Assembly: GCA_021324115.1 (NCBI GenBank)
Contig: JAJPJS010000022.1
Span: 35,370 to 59,369 of the forward strand
Direction: 5' to 3'
From: Nitrososphaerota archaeon
Lineage (GTDB): Archaea > Thermoproteota > Nitrososphaeria > Conexivisphaerales > DTJL01
Length of the DNA stretch: 24,000 bases
The notes under the pieces are model-generated. The model ran no database searches and was not told where the DNA came from. It saw only the letters and a list, made by a program, of their open reading frames with translations. Shown here piece by piece: positions 16,320 through 23,813 of this stretch; within the stretch, counting starts at the first letter, position 1; every line of letters starts with the position of its first letter. Both the position numbers and the translations under genes were made by a program.

Positions 16320-17468
16320 GTGATGGCTTTGGCAGGTCAAAAGGCCGGCCGTCTTGGATTTCTCAACAGGTTCCTGACTCTGTGGATATTCCTGGCAATG
16401 GCAGCAGGAGTCGGAGCAGGCTATGCCTTTCCCGATATTTCGAATAGTCTGAATTCGCTGAGCATTGGAACAACCTCCATTCCAATAGCACTGGGGCTCA
16501 TCTGGATGATGTACCCCCCTTTGGCTCGTGTGAGATATGAGGAGCTTCGAAAAGTAGTCGGCGCAAGGGGTTCGAGCAGGATGCTTTCAAGCTCGCTCGT
16601 TTTGAACTGGCTTATGGGTCCTCTTCTGATGTTTATCCTAGCATGGGTCTTCCTGGGGAATTCGCCCGACCTGAGAGACGGGCTGATAATCATAGGTCTG
16701 GCTAGATGCATAGCCATGGTGATAGTGTGGAACAACCTTGCCGAGGGTGACAGCGAGTGGGCAGCGATCCTCGTAGCCTTCAATTCTGTCTTCCAAGTCC
16801 TTTTCTACAGCATCCTGGCATACTTTTACATCACCTTGGCCAGTTCATGGGTATCTGGCCAGGGAATCATAATCAACATCTCCCTCCCCGCCGTGGCTCA
16901 ATCCGTAGCGATATACCTCGGTATTCCATTTTTTGGAGGTGTCATCACCAGGTTCTTCTTCCTGAAACGCAGAGGACGTGAATGGTATGAGAAGAGATTC
17001 ATTCCGAAGCTGGCTCCGACTTCCCTTCTGGCACTTCTGTTCACCATAGTGGTTATGTTCTCACTGAAGGGAGGGTATATAGTGAGCCTGCCGCTTGAAG
17101 TTGTTTCAGTTGCTATCCCGCTGCTGGCTTACTTTGCGATAATGTTCTTCGTCTCGTTTGGTGTTGGTTTATACTTAAAGATGGACTACCCAAGAACCAC
17201 CACGCTGGCTTTCACCGCGGCCAGCAATAACTTCGAGCTGGCGATAGCAGTAGCGGTGGCGGTTTTCGGCCTTGCTTCTCAGGAAGCATTCGCGGCCGTA
17301 ATCGGCCCGCTGATTGAAGTGCCCGTGATGATTAGCCTGGTAAACGTAGCCTTATGGCTCCGGAAGAAGTATTTTATGCGTCAGACTGAATCATATAGCA
17401 AGATGGCCTCCCTCAGCAGTCAGAATCCTGAGGGTAAGCCGGCATCACTTATTTCAGGTGAGACTTAA
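16320..17468 (+). CDS. acr3: ACR3-family arsenite efflux permease
   Basis: [11 protein letters not shown]...[14 protein letters not shown]...[13 protein letters not shown] (conserved ACR3 Cys) in a 10-TM-like profile. It lies 4 nt after arsR. Confidence 0.92.
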   Translation: MMALAGQKAGRLGFLNRFLTLWIFLAMAAGVGAGYAFPDISNSLNSLSIGTTSIPIALGLIWMMYPPLARVRYEELRKVVGARGSSRMLSSSLVLNWLMGPLLMFILAWVFLGNSPDLRDGLIIIGLARCIAMVIVWNNLAEGDSEWAAILVAFNSVFQVLFYSILAYFYITLASSWVSGQGIIINISLPAVAQSVAIYLGIPFFGGVITRFFFLKRRGREWYEKRFIPKLAPTSLLALLFTIVVMFSLKGGYIVSLPLEVVSVAIPLLAYFAIMFFVSFGVGLYLKMDYPRTTTLAFTAASNNFELAIAVAVAVFGLASQEAFAAVIGPLIEVPVMISLVNVALWLRKKYFMRQTESYSKMASLSSQNPEGKPASLISGET

Positions 17469-17894
17469 TTGAAGGAAAATGCTGCTGGAATGAAAGTCCT
17501 TTTCGTATGCGTGGAGAATGCGGGCAGAAGCCAGATGGCAGAAGCATTCGCAAGGAAGAAGGGGCTGCAGGCGTCGAGTGCAGGGACCGTGCCGGCAGAA
17601 GAGGTCAATCCTACTGTCGTTCAGGCTATGGCTGAGAAGGGTTTCGACCTGAAATCCAACAAGCCCAAGATGCTCACACTGGAAATGATCGACGATGCCG
17701 ACCTTGTCATTACCATGGGCTGTGCTGTCGATAAGGTGTGTCCCAGGCCCATGCTCAGTAAGATGCAGAAGAAAGTTATCGACTGGGATCTGGAAGAGCC
17801 GAAGGGGAAGACAATTGACGAAGTACGAAGGATCAGAGATGAGATCGAGAAGCGAATAGAAGAATTTATGCGGGAACACAGGACTGTATCTTGA
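17469..17894 (+). CDS. arsC: Arsenate reductase, LMW-PTPase (thioredoxin-coupled) type
   Basis: KVLFVCVENAGRSQMAEAF (CX5R P-loop) and a downstream Cys pair, MGCAVDKVCP. The likely start is ATG 17490. Confidence 0.9.
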   Translation: MKENAAGMKVLFVCVENAGRSQMAEAFARKKGLQASSAGTVPAEEVNPTVVQAMAEKGFDLKSNKPKMLTLEMIDDADLVITMGCAVDKVCPRPMLSKMQKKVIDWDLEEPKGKTIDEVRRIRDEIEKRIEEFMREHRTVS

Positions 17895-18221
17895 TCATGA
17901 CTCCGGAATTGGCTCAATAACATGCTTGAAGATTCTTTGTGGATATTTGACCGACTCCCATTACTTCAACCTTCTTTTGTATCTAAATGCAATCTGATAT
18001 TATGAATAGAGATGTCTGGCATTTTTAACATTTATCTGAATTGTCCGAGTTTGCTTTATTGCCCTTTTTCAGGCGAACAGGAAACCCTCCTTCACAGCGG
18101 GTTGAGTCTTGCGATCAAACATTAAAGCTGATGTTAGGTTTGGCAAAGATAATTCATCTCTCCTAACGAATACTTTGAATTTGCGTGCTTGGTTTAAATA
18201 AACATACCAACAGTTATTTTC

Positions 18222-19055
18222 GTGGTCGAAATGGACAAAGTTGAACATTTCAGGTCGCTTCACCATTCCGGTAAGATCCTTATACTTCCAAACGCGTGGG
18301 ATGTTCCGACGGCGAAACTCTTTCAAGACGAAGGATTCAAAGCGGTGGCGACTACAAGCGCGGGAATGACGGTCTCTCTGGGCTATGAAGATGGTGAAGA
18401 TATACCAAGGGAGCAATTTTTATCTGCAGTTAAGAGGATTTCAAACGTTCTTACCGTCCCCCTGAGCGTAGACCTGGTGGCAGGATTCGGGAGAAGCGAG
18501 AAGGAAGTCGTTACAACCGTAAAGGCGGTTGCAAACACCGGTGTTGCTGGTATCAACATTGAAGATTTTGAGCATGCAACCAAAAGGCTGTTTAGCATAG
18601 AGGAACAGGTCCAGAAAATAAAGGGGATAAAAAGAATGGGTATCGATATCTTCGTGAATGCGAGGACCGATGCGTTGAGATATGCTCCTGGAACCGAGGC
18701 CGATAAATTCAGGGAAGCGTTGGCAAGAGGGGAGGCCTACAGAGATGCGGGAGCCGACTGCATCTACCCGATGGGTTTAATTGACAAACAACAAATTGCA
18801 AGCTATGTTGATAAACTTGACTTTCCCATCAACGTGATGCTGCGAAAGGGCTTACCTAGCATCAGGGAACTTGAAGAGCTGCACGTGGCGAGGTTGAGTT
18901 TCGGACCTACCGCGATATATGCTGTTATGGGATTTCTGAAGAGAGCGTCTAGGCAGATTCTACAGGAAAGAAGGTATGATATCTTACTTGAAGGGGGAAT
19001 AGACTATGAGGAGCTCAACAGTCTCGCAAAAAGGAAGTCTTCCCCCCTCAGCTAA
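18222..19055 (+). CDS. Isocitrate lyase/PEP mutase superfamily enzyme (methylisocitrate lyase-like)
   Basis: ILILPNAWDVPTAKLFQDEGFKAVATTSAG...LSVDLVAGFG...GINIEDF...NARTDA, the superfamily blocks. The likely start is ATG 18231. Confidence 0.8.
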   Translation: MVEMDKVEHFRSLHHSGKILILPNAWDVPTAKLFQDEGFKAVATTSAGMTVSLGYEDGEDIPREQFLSAVKRISNVLTVPLSVDLVAGFGRSEKEVVTTVKAVANTGVAGINIEDFEHATKRLFSIEEQVQKIKGIKRMGIDIFVNARTDALRYAPGTEADKFREALARGEAYRDAGADCIYPMGLIDKQQIASYVDKLDFPINVMLRKGLPSIRELEELHVARLSFGPTAIYAVMGFLKRASRQILQERRYDILLEGGIDYEELNSLAKRKSSPLS

Positions 19056-20260
19056 AATCTGTCCGACCTTTTCTCTCTAGCAACCGCAACGAATACAAAA
19101 CCAAACAGTACTATAACTGCGCCAAAATAGAAGCCTCCAGCAAGTCCACCGGTGTAATCCGCCAGTACTCCCGTTATGAGCGGGGCCAGAATTGATGAAG
19201 ACATCGCAGCAACGTTCAGCAGCGAAAGGGCGCTTCCTATCTGTTCCTGCCCGATGAATTCCCCCACCCATGCGATCACTAGTGGGTCTAGGGTGAGCTT
19301 TCCAACCACGCCATAGGCGGCTATCGCGAGTATCACAGTTACCAGATTGGAGCCTATTGCCATGAGAAATATCGCGATCGAAGCAAGCGGAAGGATTGTC
19401 ATTGCGATTGCTTTCCTGCCCACTTTGTCTGAGACATGGCTTATGGCTATCGAGCTGGGTATCGCCACGGCAGAAAATATTGCGGTCGCTGCACCGCTGT
19501 AGAGAATGCCTAAACCCCTTGATTCCTGAAGATAGGTAGGGCCCCAGGTCAGAATTACCCAGTAGCCATATAGAGAACAGAACATCGCTGCACAGAGCAT
19601 CGCAAAACTTCTATTTTTGAGAAGTTTGATGTAAATGCTCCGCATCTCTGCACTTTTGCCCTCTGGATGGGGCGGTTCTTCCGTTGCCCTTTTCAGCGCA
19701 TAGGCAACTATCAAAGTCGGTACCGACAACAGAATCAGCATCATCTGCCAGCTGTCAAATAGCTTCAGCACGGGACCCGCCAAAAGAAGACCGGCGATCG
19801 TGCCGAACCCCATGCCTGAATTGATAAGGGAAGCTGTAAGTCCCCTTCTTTGGCTCGGAAGAACGCTTGATATCCTGTAGGCCGTGGGATAATACGCCCC
19901 AGCACCTGCTCCATGGAGGCCCATGAAAAGGACCAACAGAAGATAGCTGTATCCCAGAGCCCCTGCAGCCAGCAGTGAAAGGGCCGCGAGCAGAAAGAAG
20001 TAGAACATTATCCTTCTGTACCCCCACCGTTCTGCGGCAATGGTAGCAGGAATGGTAAAGCCAACGTACGCAAGAAAATAGATGGATACAACAACAGAAA
20101 CCGAAGCGAAAGATAAGCCAAACTGCTGGCGTATCAGGTTTAAAACCGGAGAGATGCTCAACCTGTCTGCGTATATCATAACCCAGCCTGAGCTGAGGGC
20201 GATTATGGGCGTGATTATGCTGCGCATTTCCTTGTTTCCTTCGCCAAAGGAAGCGAACAT
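19052..20260 (-). CDS. MFS transporter
   Basis: 402 aa and highly hydrophobic, with about 12 TM-like segments. The MFS motif-A-like loop is IAAERWGYRR. Confidence 0.85.
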   Translation of the reverse strand: MFASFGEGNKEMRSIITPIIALSSGWVMIYADRLSISPVLNLIRQQFGLSFASVSVVVSIYFLAYVGFTIPATIAAERWGYRRIMFYFFLLAALSLLAAGALGYSYLLLVLFMGLHGAGAGAYYPTAYRISSVLPSQRRGLTASLINSGMGFGTIAGLLLAGPVLKLFDSWQMMLILLSVPTLIVAYALKRATEEPPHPEGKSAEMRSIYIKLLKNRSFAMLCAAMFCSLYGYWVILTWGPTYLQESRGLGILYSGAATAIFSAVAIPSSIAISHVSDKVGRKAIAMTILPLASIAIFLMAIGSNLVTVILAIAAYGVVGKLTLDPLVIAWVGEFIGQEQIGSALSLLNVAAMSSSILAPLITGVLADYTGGLAGGFYFGAVIVLFGFVFVAVAREKRSDRF

Positions 20261-20372
20261 CTAGAAGAGGCCGCGGTAATGACTCTAAAGATGTTTTGGG
20301 TTGAAATCGAGTAGCAGGTTTAAAGAAGAAGTGCTGAGGCCTATAACATAATGATATAGAAATAGAAACAAA

Positions 20373-20655
20373 ATGGTAAGCTGGTTGGAAAGCGGTCCCC
20401 CAAATAAGAAACGAGTCCACTCGTGCGTTCGAATATTGAACCCAACTTCGGGTTCTGGATCTCACAGGCTCGTTTTGAAGGACAAAACGGAAGGCCGCGA
20501 CGTTCAATATCCATTCATAAAGCAGGGATGTAATAGACTGCAACATGTCTGGAGGTGGCTGTACGTACTTTGTTACATGCACAACGAGATGAGTGACAGA
20601 ATCGGGTTCAATGGACAACTGAACCTGATGGAGGTTGTCGCATAAGTTAACAACG
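20373..20655 (+). mobile_element. 3'-terminal remnant of an IS6-like insertion sequence (copy 1)
   Basis: 20473-20652 aligns by eye with 22366-22546 of copy 2, including an identical 25-nt run (20543-20567 = 22436-22460). It encodes ...KDKTEGRD..YP...HVWRWLYV.C.M.NEM, which matches the copy 2 transposase C-terminus. Upstream frames show RSNIE, which resembles KSVTE of copy 2. Confidence 0.6.
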
Positions 20656-20675
20656 CCGACCCGCGACAAGACAGG

Positions 20676-20683
20676 TATAAATA
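20676..20683 (+). promoter_or_regulatory. TATA box upstream of ATPase 1
   Basis: TATAAATA lies about 35-40 nt upstream of GTG 20718, immediately 5' of the tandem dyad repeats. Confidence 0.4.
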
Positions 20684-20720
20684 CTTCTGGGGGTAGAAGT
20701 AACTTCGGGGGGTAGAAGTG
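20683..20720 (+). repeat. 2 x 19-bp tandem repeat, each unit an internal dyad, ending in the ATPase 1 start codon
   Basis: The units are acttctgggggtagaagta and acttcggggggtagaagtg (17/19 identical). The arms are ACTTC(T)/(A)GAAGT. GTG 20718-20720 forms the last 3 nt of unit 2. Confidence 0.8.
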
Positions 20721-21803
20721 CTCTTCGATCCGTCACCGAAAGAGTCTAGGAAGGACTTCTTCGACAGGGAAAAGGAGATCGAGCAGCTGGAATCGCTGAA
20801 GTCGAGGGTTGTTCTCATACTGGGTCTAAGGAGGACGGGCAAGTCGTCGTTGGTGAAGATAGTGCTCAACGACCTCAACTTGCCATACGTCTACATCGAC
20901 CTGAGGAGGTTTGAAGAGATGCCCAATATGACTTACCGTGATCTCATCAGGGAGACAGAAAGAGAAGTAAACCGTTTGAAGTATAGGTACCCTGGCATCG
21001 TTAATTTCCTTAGAGGTCTGAAAGGTGTAGGGGTTATGGGAAACGAGGTTAGGTTTTCCTGGGGGAAGGACAGACTATCTTTCTCGGACCTGCTCGTTTC
21101 TTTAAACGACTGGGCCGAGGATAAGGTGCTGGTGGTGATAGATGAGGCTCAAGAGCTCGGGAAACTCAGAGGGGTCGACCTCCTTCCCTCCTTTGCCTAC
21201 TCCTACGACAATCTCAAGAAGGTTAAGATAGTCCTGACGGGGTCTGAAATGGGATTGCTCCATCGCTACCTAAAGACCAAGGACCCAGACAGCCCTCTGT
21301 TTGGGAGGGCAATGTCAGAGGTGCAACTGAAACCTTTTAGGAGGAATGAGGCGATCGATTTTCTAAAAAGGGGCTTCGAGGAGCAGCGGGTACAGTTTAG
21401 GGAATACGAGATGGTTTACGAAGAGATAGGCGGCATACCAGGTTGGCTAACCTACTTCGGCTTCACCTACACCGAGAGCAGAGACCTCGAAAGGTCGTTA
21501 AAGAAGACTCTGGACCATGCTAAGAAGCTGGTGTTGAAAGAGTTTGAGAACTTTCTCGTCGACAAGCAAACTGCGAGTAAGAGGTACTACACAGTGATGA
21601 GAGTCATGGCGGGGTGTGGTACGTGGAGCGAGGTAAAGAGGTCGCTCGAAGCCCAAGAGGGAGTCAGAATATCGGACTCTACATTGTACAATTATTTGAC
21701 TCACTTGGCGGATTCGTCGTGGATAGTTAAGGAAAAGGGTCTCTATTGCCCTACGGACCCTCTGATTAAAATTGCGTTCAAAGAACGGGCTCAGTTAACC
21801 TAA
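20718..21803 (+). CDS. Archaeal AAA ATPase (Arch_ATPase/PF01637-like) with C-terminal DUF234-type wHTH, paralog 1
   Basis: FFDREKEIEQL, Walker A GLRRTGKSSL, Walker B VLVVIDEAQ, then LTGSEMG...SPLFGRA and a C-terminal helical/wHTH region. GTG start. Confidence 0.85.
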   Translation: MLFDPSPKESRKDFFDREKEIEQLESLKSRVVLILGLRRTGKSSLVKIVLNDLNLPYVYIDLRRFEEMPNMTYRDLIRETEREVNRLKYRYPGIVNFLRGLKGVGVMGNEVRFSWGKDRLSFSDLLVSLNDWAEDKVLVVIDEAQELGKLRGVDLLPSFAYSYDNLKKVKIVLTGSEMGLLHRYLKTKDPDSPLFGRAMSEVQLKPFRRNEAIDFLKRGFEEQRVQFREYEMVYEEIGGIPGWLTYFGFTYTESRDLERSLKKTLDHAKKLVLKEFENFLVDKQTASKRYYTVMRVMAGCGTWSEVKRSLEAQEGVRISDSTLYNYLTHLADSSWIVKEKGLYCPTDPLIKIAFKERAQLT

Positions 21804-21808
21804 GCCCC

Positions 21809-21813
21809 TTTTT
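21809..21813 (+). terminator. Oligo-T run after ATPase 1
   Basis: TTTTT begins 6 nt after the stop codon. Confidence 0.3.
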
Positions 21814-21836
21814 GAGTCGGTTGTCTATCTGATTTC

Positions 21837-22550
21837 GCTCAATTACAAACACTGACGGGACGCATCCAATCCCTCATGGTGGTACTCAAAAGAGAAAGGA
21901 TGCGTCCCGAGGACATATTGTACGGTCTGGACCTGTACTGACAGGACCCGAGTTTAAAGCATGTGGCATACGACTTCGATAGACCCGATTGCTAAAAGAA
22001 GTCATGTAACAGTATGGAAGTGGGTACAGATACTTGGTAAGGACGCCGTAATCTGCAGATGCAGGGTAACCGCATTCCTGGTGGATGAGACATATGTTAG
22101 GATGAGTACAAACGAGGCGCGGGTGTGGATTGCCATAGAGCCTATTCACAGGTACATCCTTGGGGTGTACCTGTCAAGGTTTAGGAATATATGGTTGCTG
22201 AATTCTTTCTAAGAACTCTTGTCAGGATGTACGGAAGGCACATAGTGTACACAGATGAAGGTGTAGTATGGTATCCGGACGCATGTAATTTGCTAGGGTT
22301 GGAACACAGGATTCATACCCCATACGAGAAGAGCGTTACAGAAAGCGCGAACCAATCAATCAATCAATTTATGAAGGACAGGACGGAAGGCTTCGACGAT
22401 CATTATCCCTGCAGGAAGCATGGATGTGACCTGTCACATGTCTGGAGGTGGCTGTACGTATTCTGTTTCATGTACAACGAGATGATGAGGAATAGAATCA
22501 GGTTCAATTGACTACTGAACCTGTTGGAGGCGGTCACAAGTTAACAGAGC
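21837..22550 (+). mobile_element. IS6-like insertion sequence (copy 2), about 0.7 kb, with imperfect terminal inverted repeats and a decayed transposase
   Basis: The left end is GCTCAATTACAAACACTGACGGGACGCATCCAA. The reverse complement of the right end is GCTCTGTTAACTTGTGACCGCCTCCAA. The DDE-type transposase fragments lie between them. Confidence 0.55.
21900..22511 (+). pseudogene. IS6-family-like DDE transposase, broken by at least three frame shifts
   Basis: Four pieces are MRPEDILYGLDLY* (frame 0), LTGPEFKACGIRLR* (frame 2), IDPIAKRSHVTVWKWVQ...FLVDETYV...YLSRFRNI (frame 1), and VAEFFLRTL...IVYTDEGVVWYPDACNLLGLEHR...EKSVTES (frame 0). Candidate catalytic residues lie in the DETYV, YTDEG and KSVTE blocks. 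Confidence 0.65.
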
Positions 22551-22572
22551 CGTGCGATAGGAAGTAACGCTT

Positions 22573-22610
22573 AACTACCACGGTGGTAGTGAACTACCAC
22601 GGTGGTAGTA
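22573..22610 (+). repeat. 2 x 19-bp tandem repeat, each unit a 17-bp palindrome, abutting the ATPase 2 start codon
   Basis: The units are aactaccacggtggtagtg and aactaccacggtggtagta (18/19 identical). The arms are ACTACCAC/GTGGTAGT with a 1-nt centre. The last nt of unit 2 is the A of ATG 22610. Confidence 0.85.
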
Positions 22611-23671
22611 TGATCTTCTCACCGGAGCCAAAGAAGAGAATTGAAGACCTCTTTGGTAGAAATGACGAACTAAAAGAACTGGATAAGCTTGTTAGGAAGA
22701 ACAGAATTATTCTCGTAACAGGTATGAGGAGAATCGGAAAAACATCTCTTGTAAATGTGTATCTAAACAAATTCGTAAAGCAACGGTTTGCACTCGTTGA
22801 CGTAAGAACCTCTGGCAAATCATTCAATGGAATATTCCAAGTTTTCGATGATGTGTTACACCAGCTTGATAGTTGGATTAACATCAAGGATATGTTGAAG
22901 GGAGTCACGGGGGTAACTGTCTTTGGTTCTGGAATATCGTTAAGCTGGAAGGAAAATAGTAGGGCTAACTTGGGAGAAATCTTTGATACGATAAACAAGA
23001 CCGGAAAGAAGTTCCTCGTGGTTCTGGACGAGGCGCAGCGGCTCAGAGGAAACCTATCATACGTTATTCTTGACCTGCTTGCTCACTGCTACGACTACTG
23101 TGACAACATCAAGTTCATCATTACAGGCTCTGAAGCGGGAGTACTCCGAGATTTTATCAGAATAGATGATTCGCAATCGTCTCTCTTTGGAAGACATATT
23201 CCAGAGCTAAGGCTTGATGGTTTTAGCAGGGAAAAGTCCAGGGAATTTCTTATCAGGGGCTTTGGGGAGGCAGGGCTAAAATTCAAACAGGATGTTATCG
23301 AAAAATCCTTTGATTATCTTGACGGTGTTGCTGGCTGGCTCAACGAGTTTGGTCTAAGGTGTATCGAAAAGGGCACGGTTACAGAGAGTATTCTTTCAGA
23401 TGTCTTTGAAAATGCAGTAAAACTGGAGATCGAAGAAGTATCCAGGTTCTCAACCAATTATATTCTAGTGCTAGAAGCATTGGGACAGGGAAGAACAAGA
23501 TGGAGCAGAATAAGAAACTACTTGGAAGGTAAACTCCAGAGAACGGTAAACGATTCCGAGGTTCAAAGATATCTCGAGAAGATGATAAAGAGAGGATATG
23601 TAGAAAAGAGAAATGATGAATACCTCATACTAGACCCAGTTCTCATAAGGTATTTCTCAAAGGAAACATGA
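22610..23671 (+). CDS. Archaeal AAA ATPase (Arch_ATPase/PF01637-like) with C-terminal DUF234-type wHTH, paralog 2
   Basis: MIFSPEPKKRIEDLFGRNDELKEL aligns with the paralog 1 N-terminus. Walker A GMRRIGKTSL and Walker B FLVVLDEAQ, then ITGSEAG...SSLFGRH. The ORF-track start GTG 22583 lies inside the repeat, so ATG 22610 is preferred. Confidence 0.85.
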   Translation: MIFSPEPKKRIEDLFGRNDELKELDKLVRKNRIILVTGMRRIGKTSLVNVYLNKFVKQRFALVDVRTSGKSFNGIFQVFDDVLHQLDSWINIKDMLKGVTGVTVFGSGISLSWKENSRANLGEIFDTINKTGKKFLVVLDEAQRLRGNLSYVILDLLAHCYDYCDNIKFIITGSEAGVLRDFIRIDDSQSSLFGRHIPELRLDGFSREKSREFLIRGFGEAGLKFKQDVIEKSFDYLDGVAGWLNEFGLRCIEKGTVTESILSDVFENAVKLEIEEVSRFSTNYILVLEALGQGRTRWSRIRNYLEGKLQRTVNDSEVQRYLEKMIKRGYVEKRNDEYLILDPVLIRYFSKET

Positions 23672-23813
23672 TAAACACGATCATAGACGAACGCGGGCCA
23701 AGGTACTTTATCCTTGGGTTACAGGTTGTCGCTTAATTCCTTTAATCCATAACGTCATCTTATCTTGATTCAATCAATCATGAACGTAGTTAGGGTGTGG
23801 GCTCCGATGACGT

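Noticed and set aside
18069-18416. A 115-aa - strand ORF upstream of and overlapping the PEP-mutase-family gene.
   Set aside because: It overlaps the well-supported + strand gene start by about 195 nt. The rest lies in an AT-rich spacer. There are no recognisable motifs, and the composition is typical of a chance ORF.
19755-20669. A 304-aa ORF on the - strand.
   Set aside because: Most of it overlaps the MFS transporter gene on the same strand in another frame. The remainder is antisense to the IS remnant. The sequence is low-complexity and R/S/P-rich with no recognisable motifs, so it is a shadow ORF.
20683-22610. The 19-bp tandem repeats as a mini-CRISPR array.
   Set aside because: Each locus has only two directly abutting units with no spacers, and there are no cas genes. 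Their placement on the start codon points to regulation, not CRISPR.
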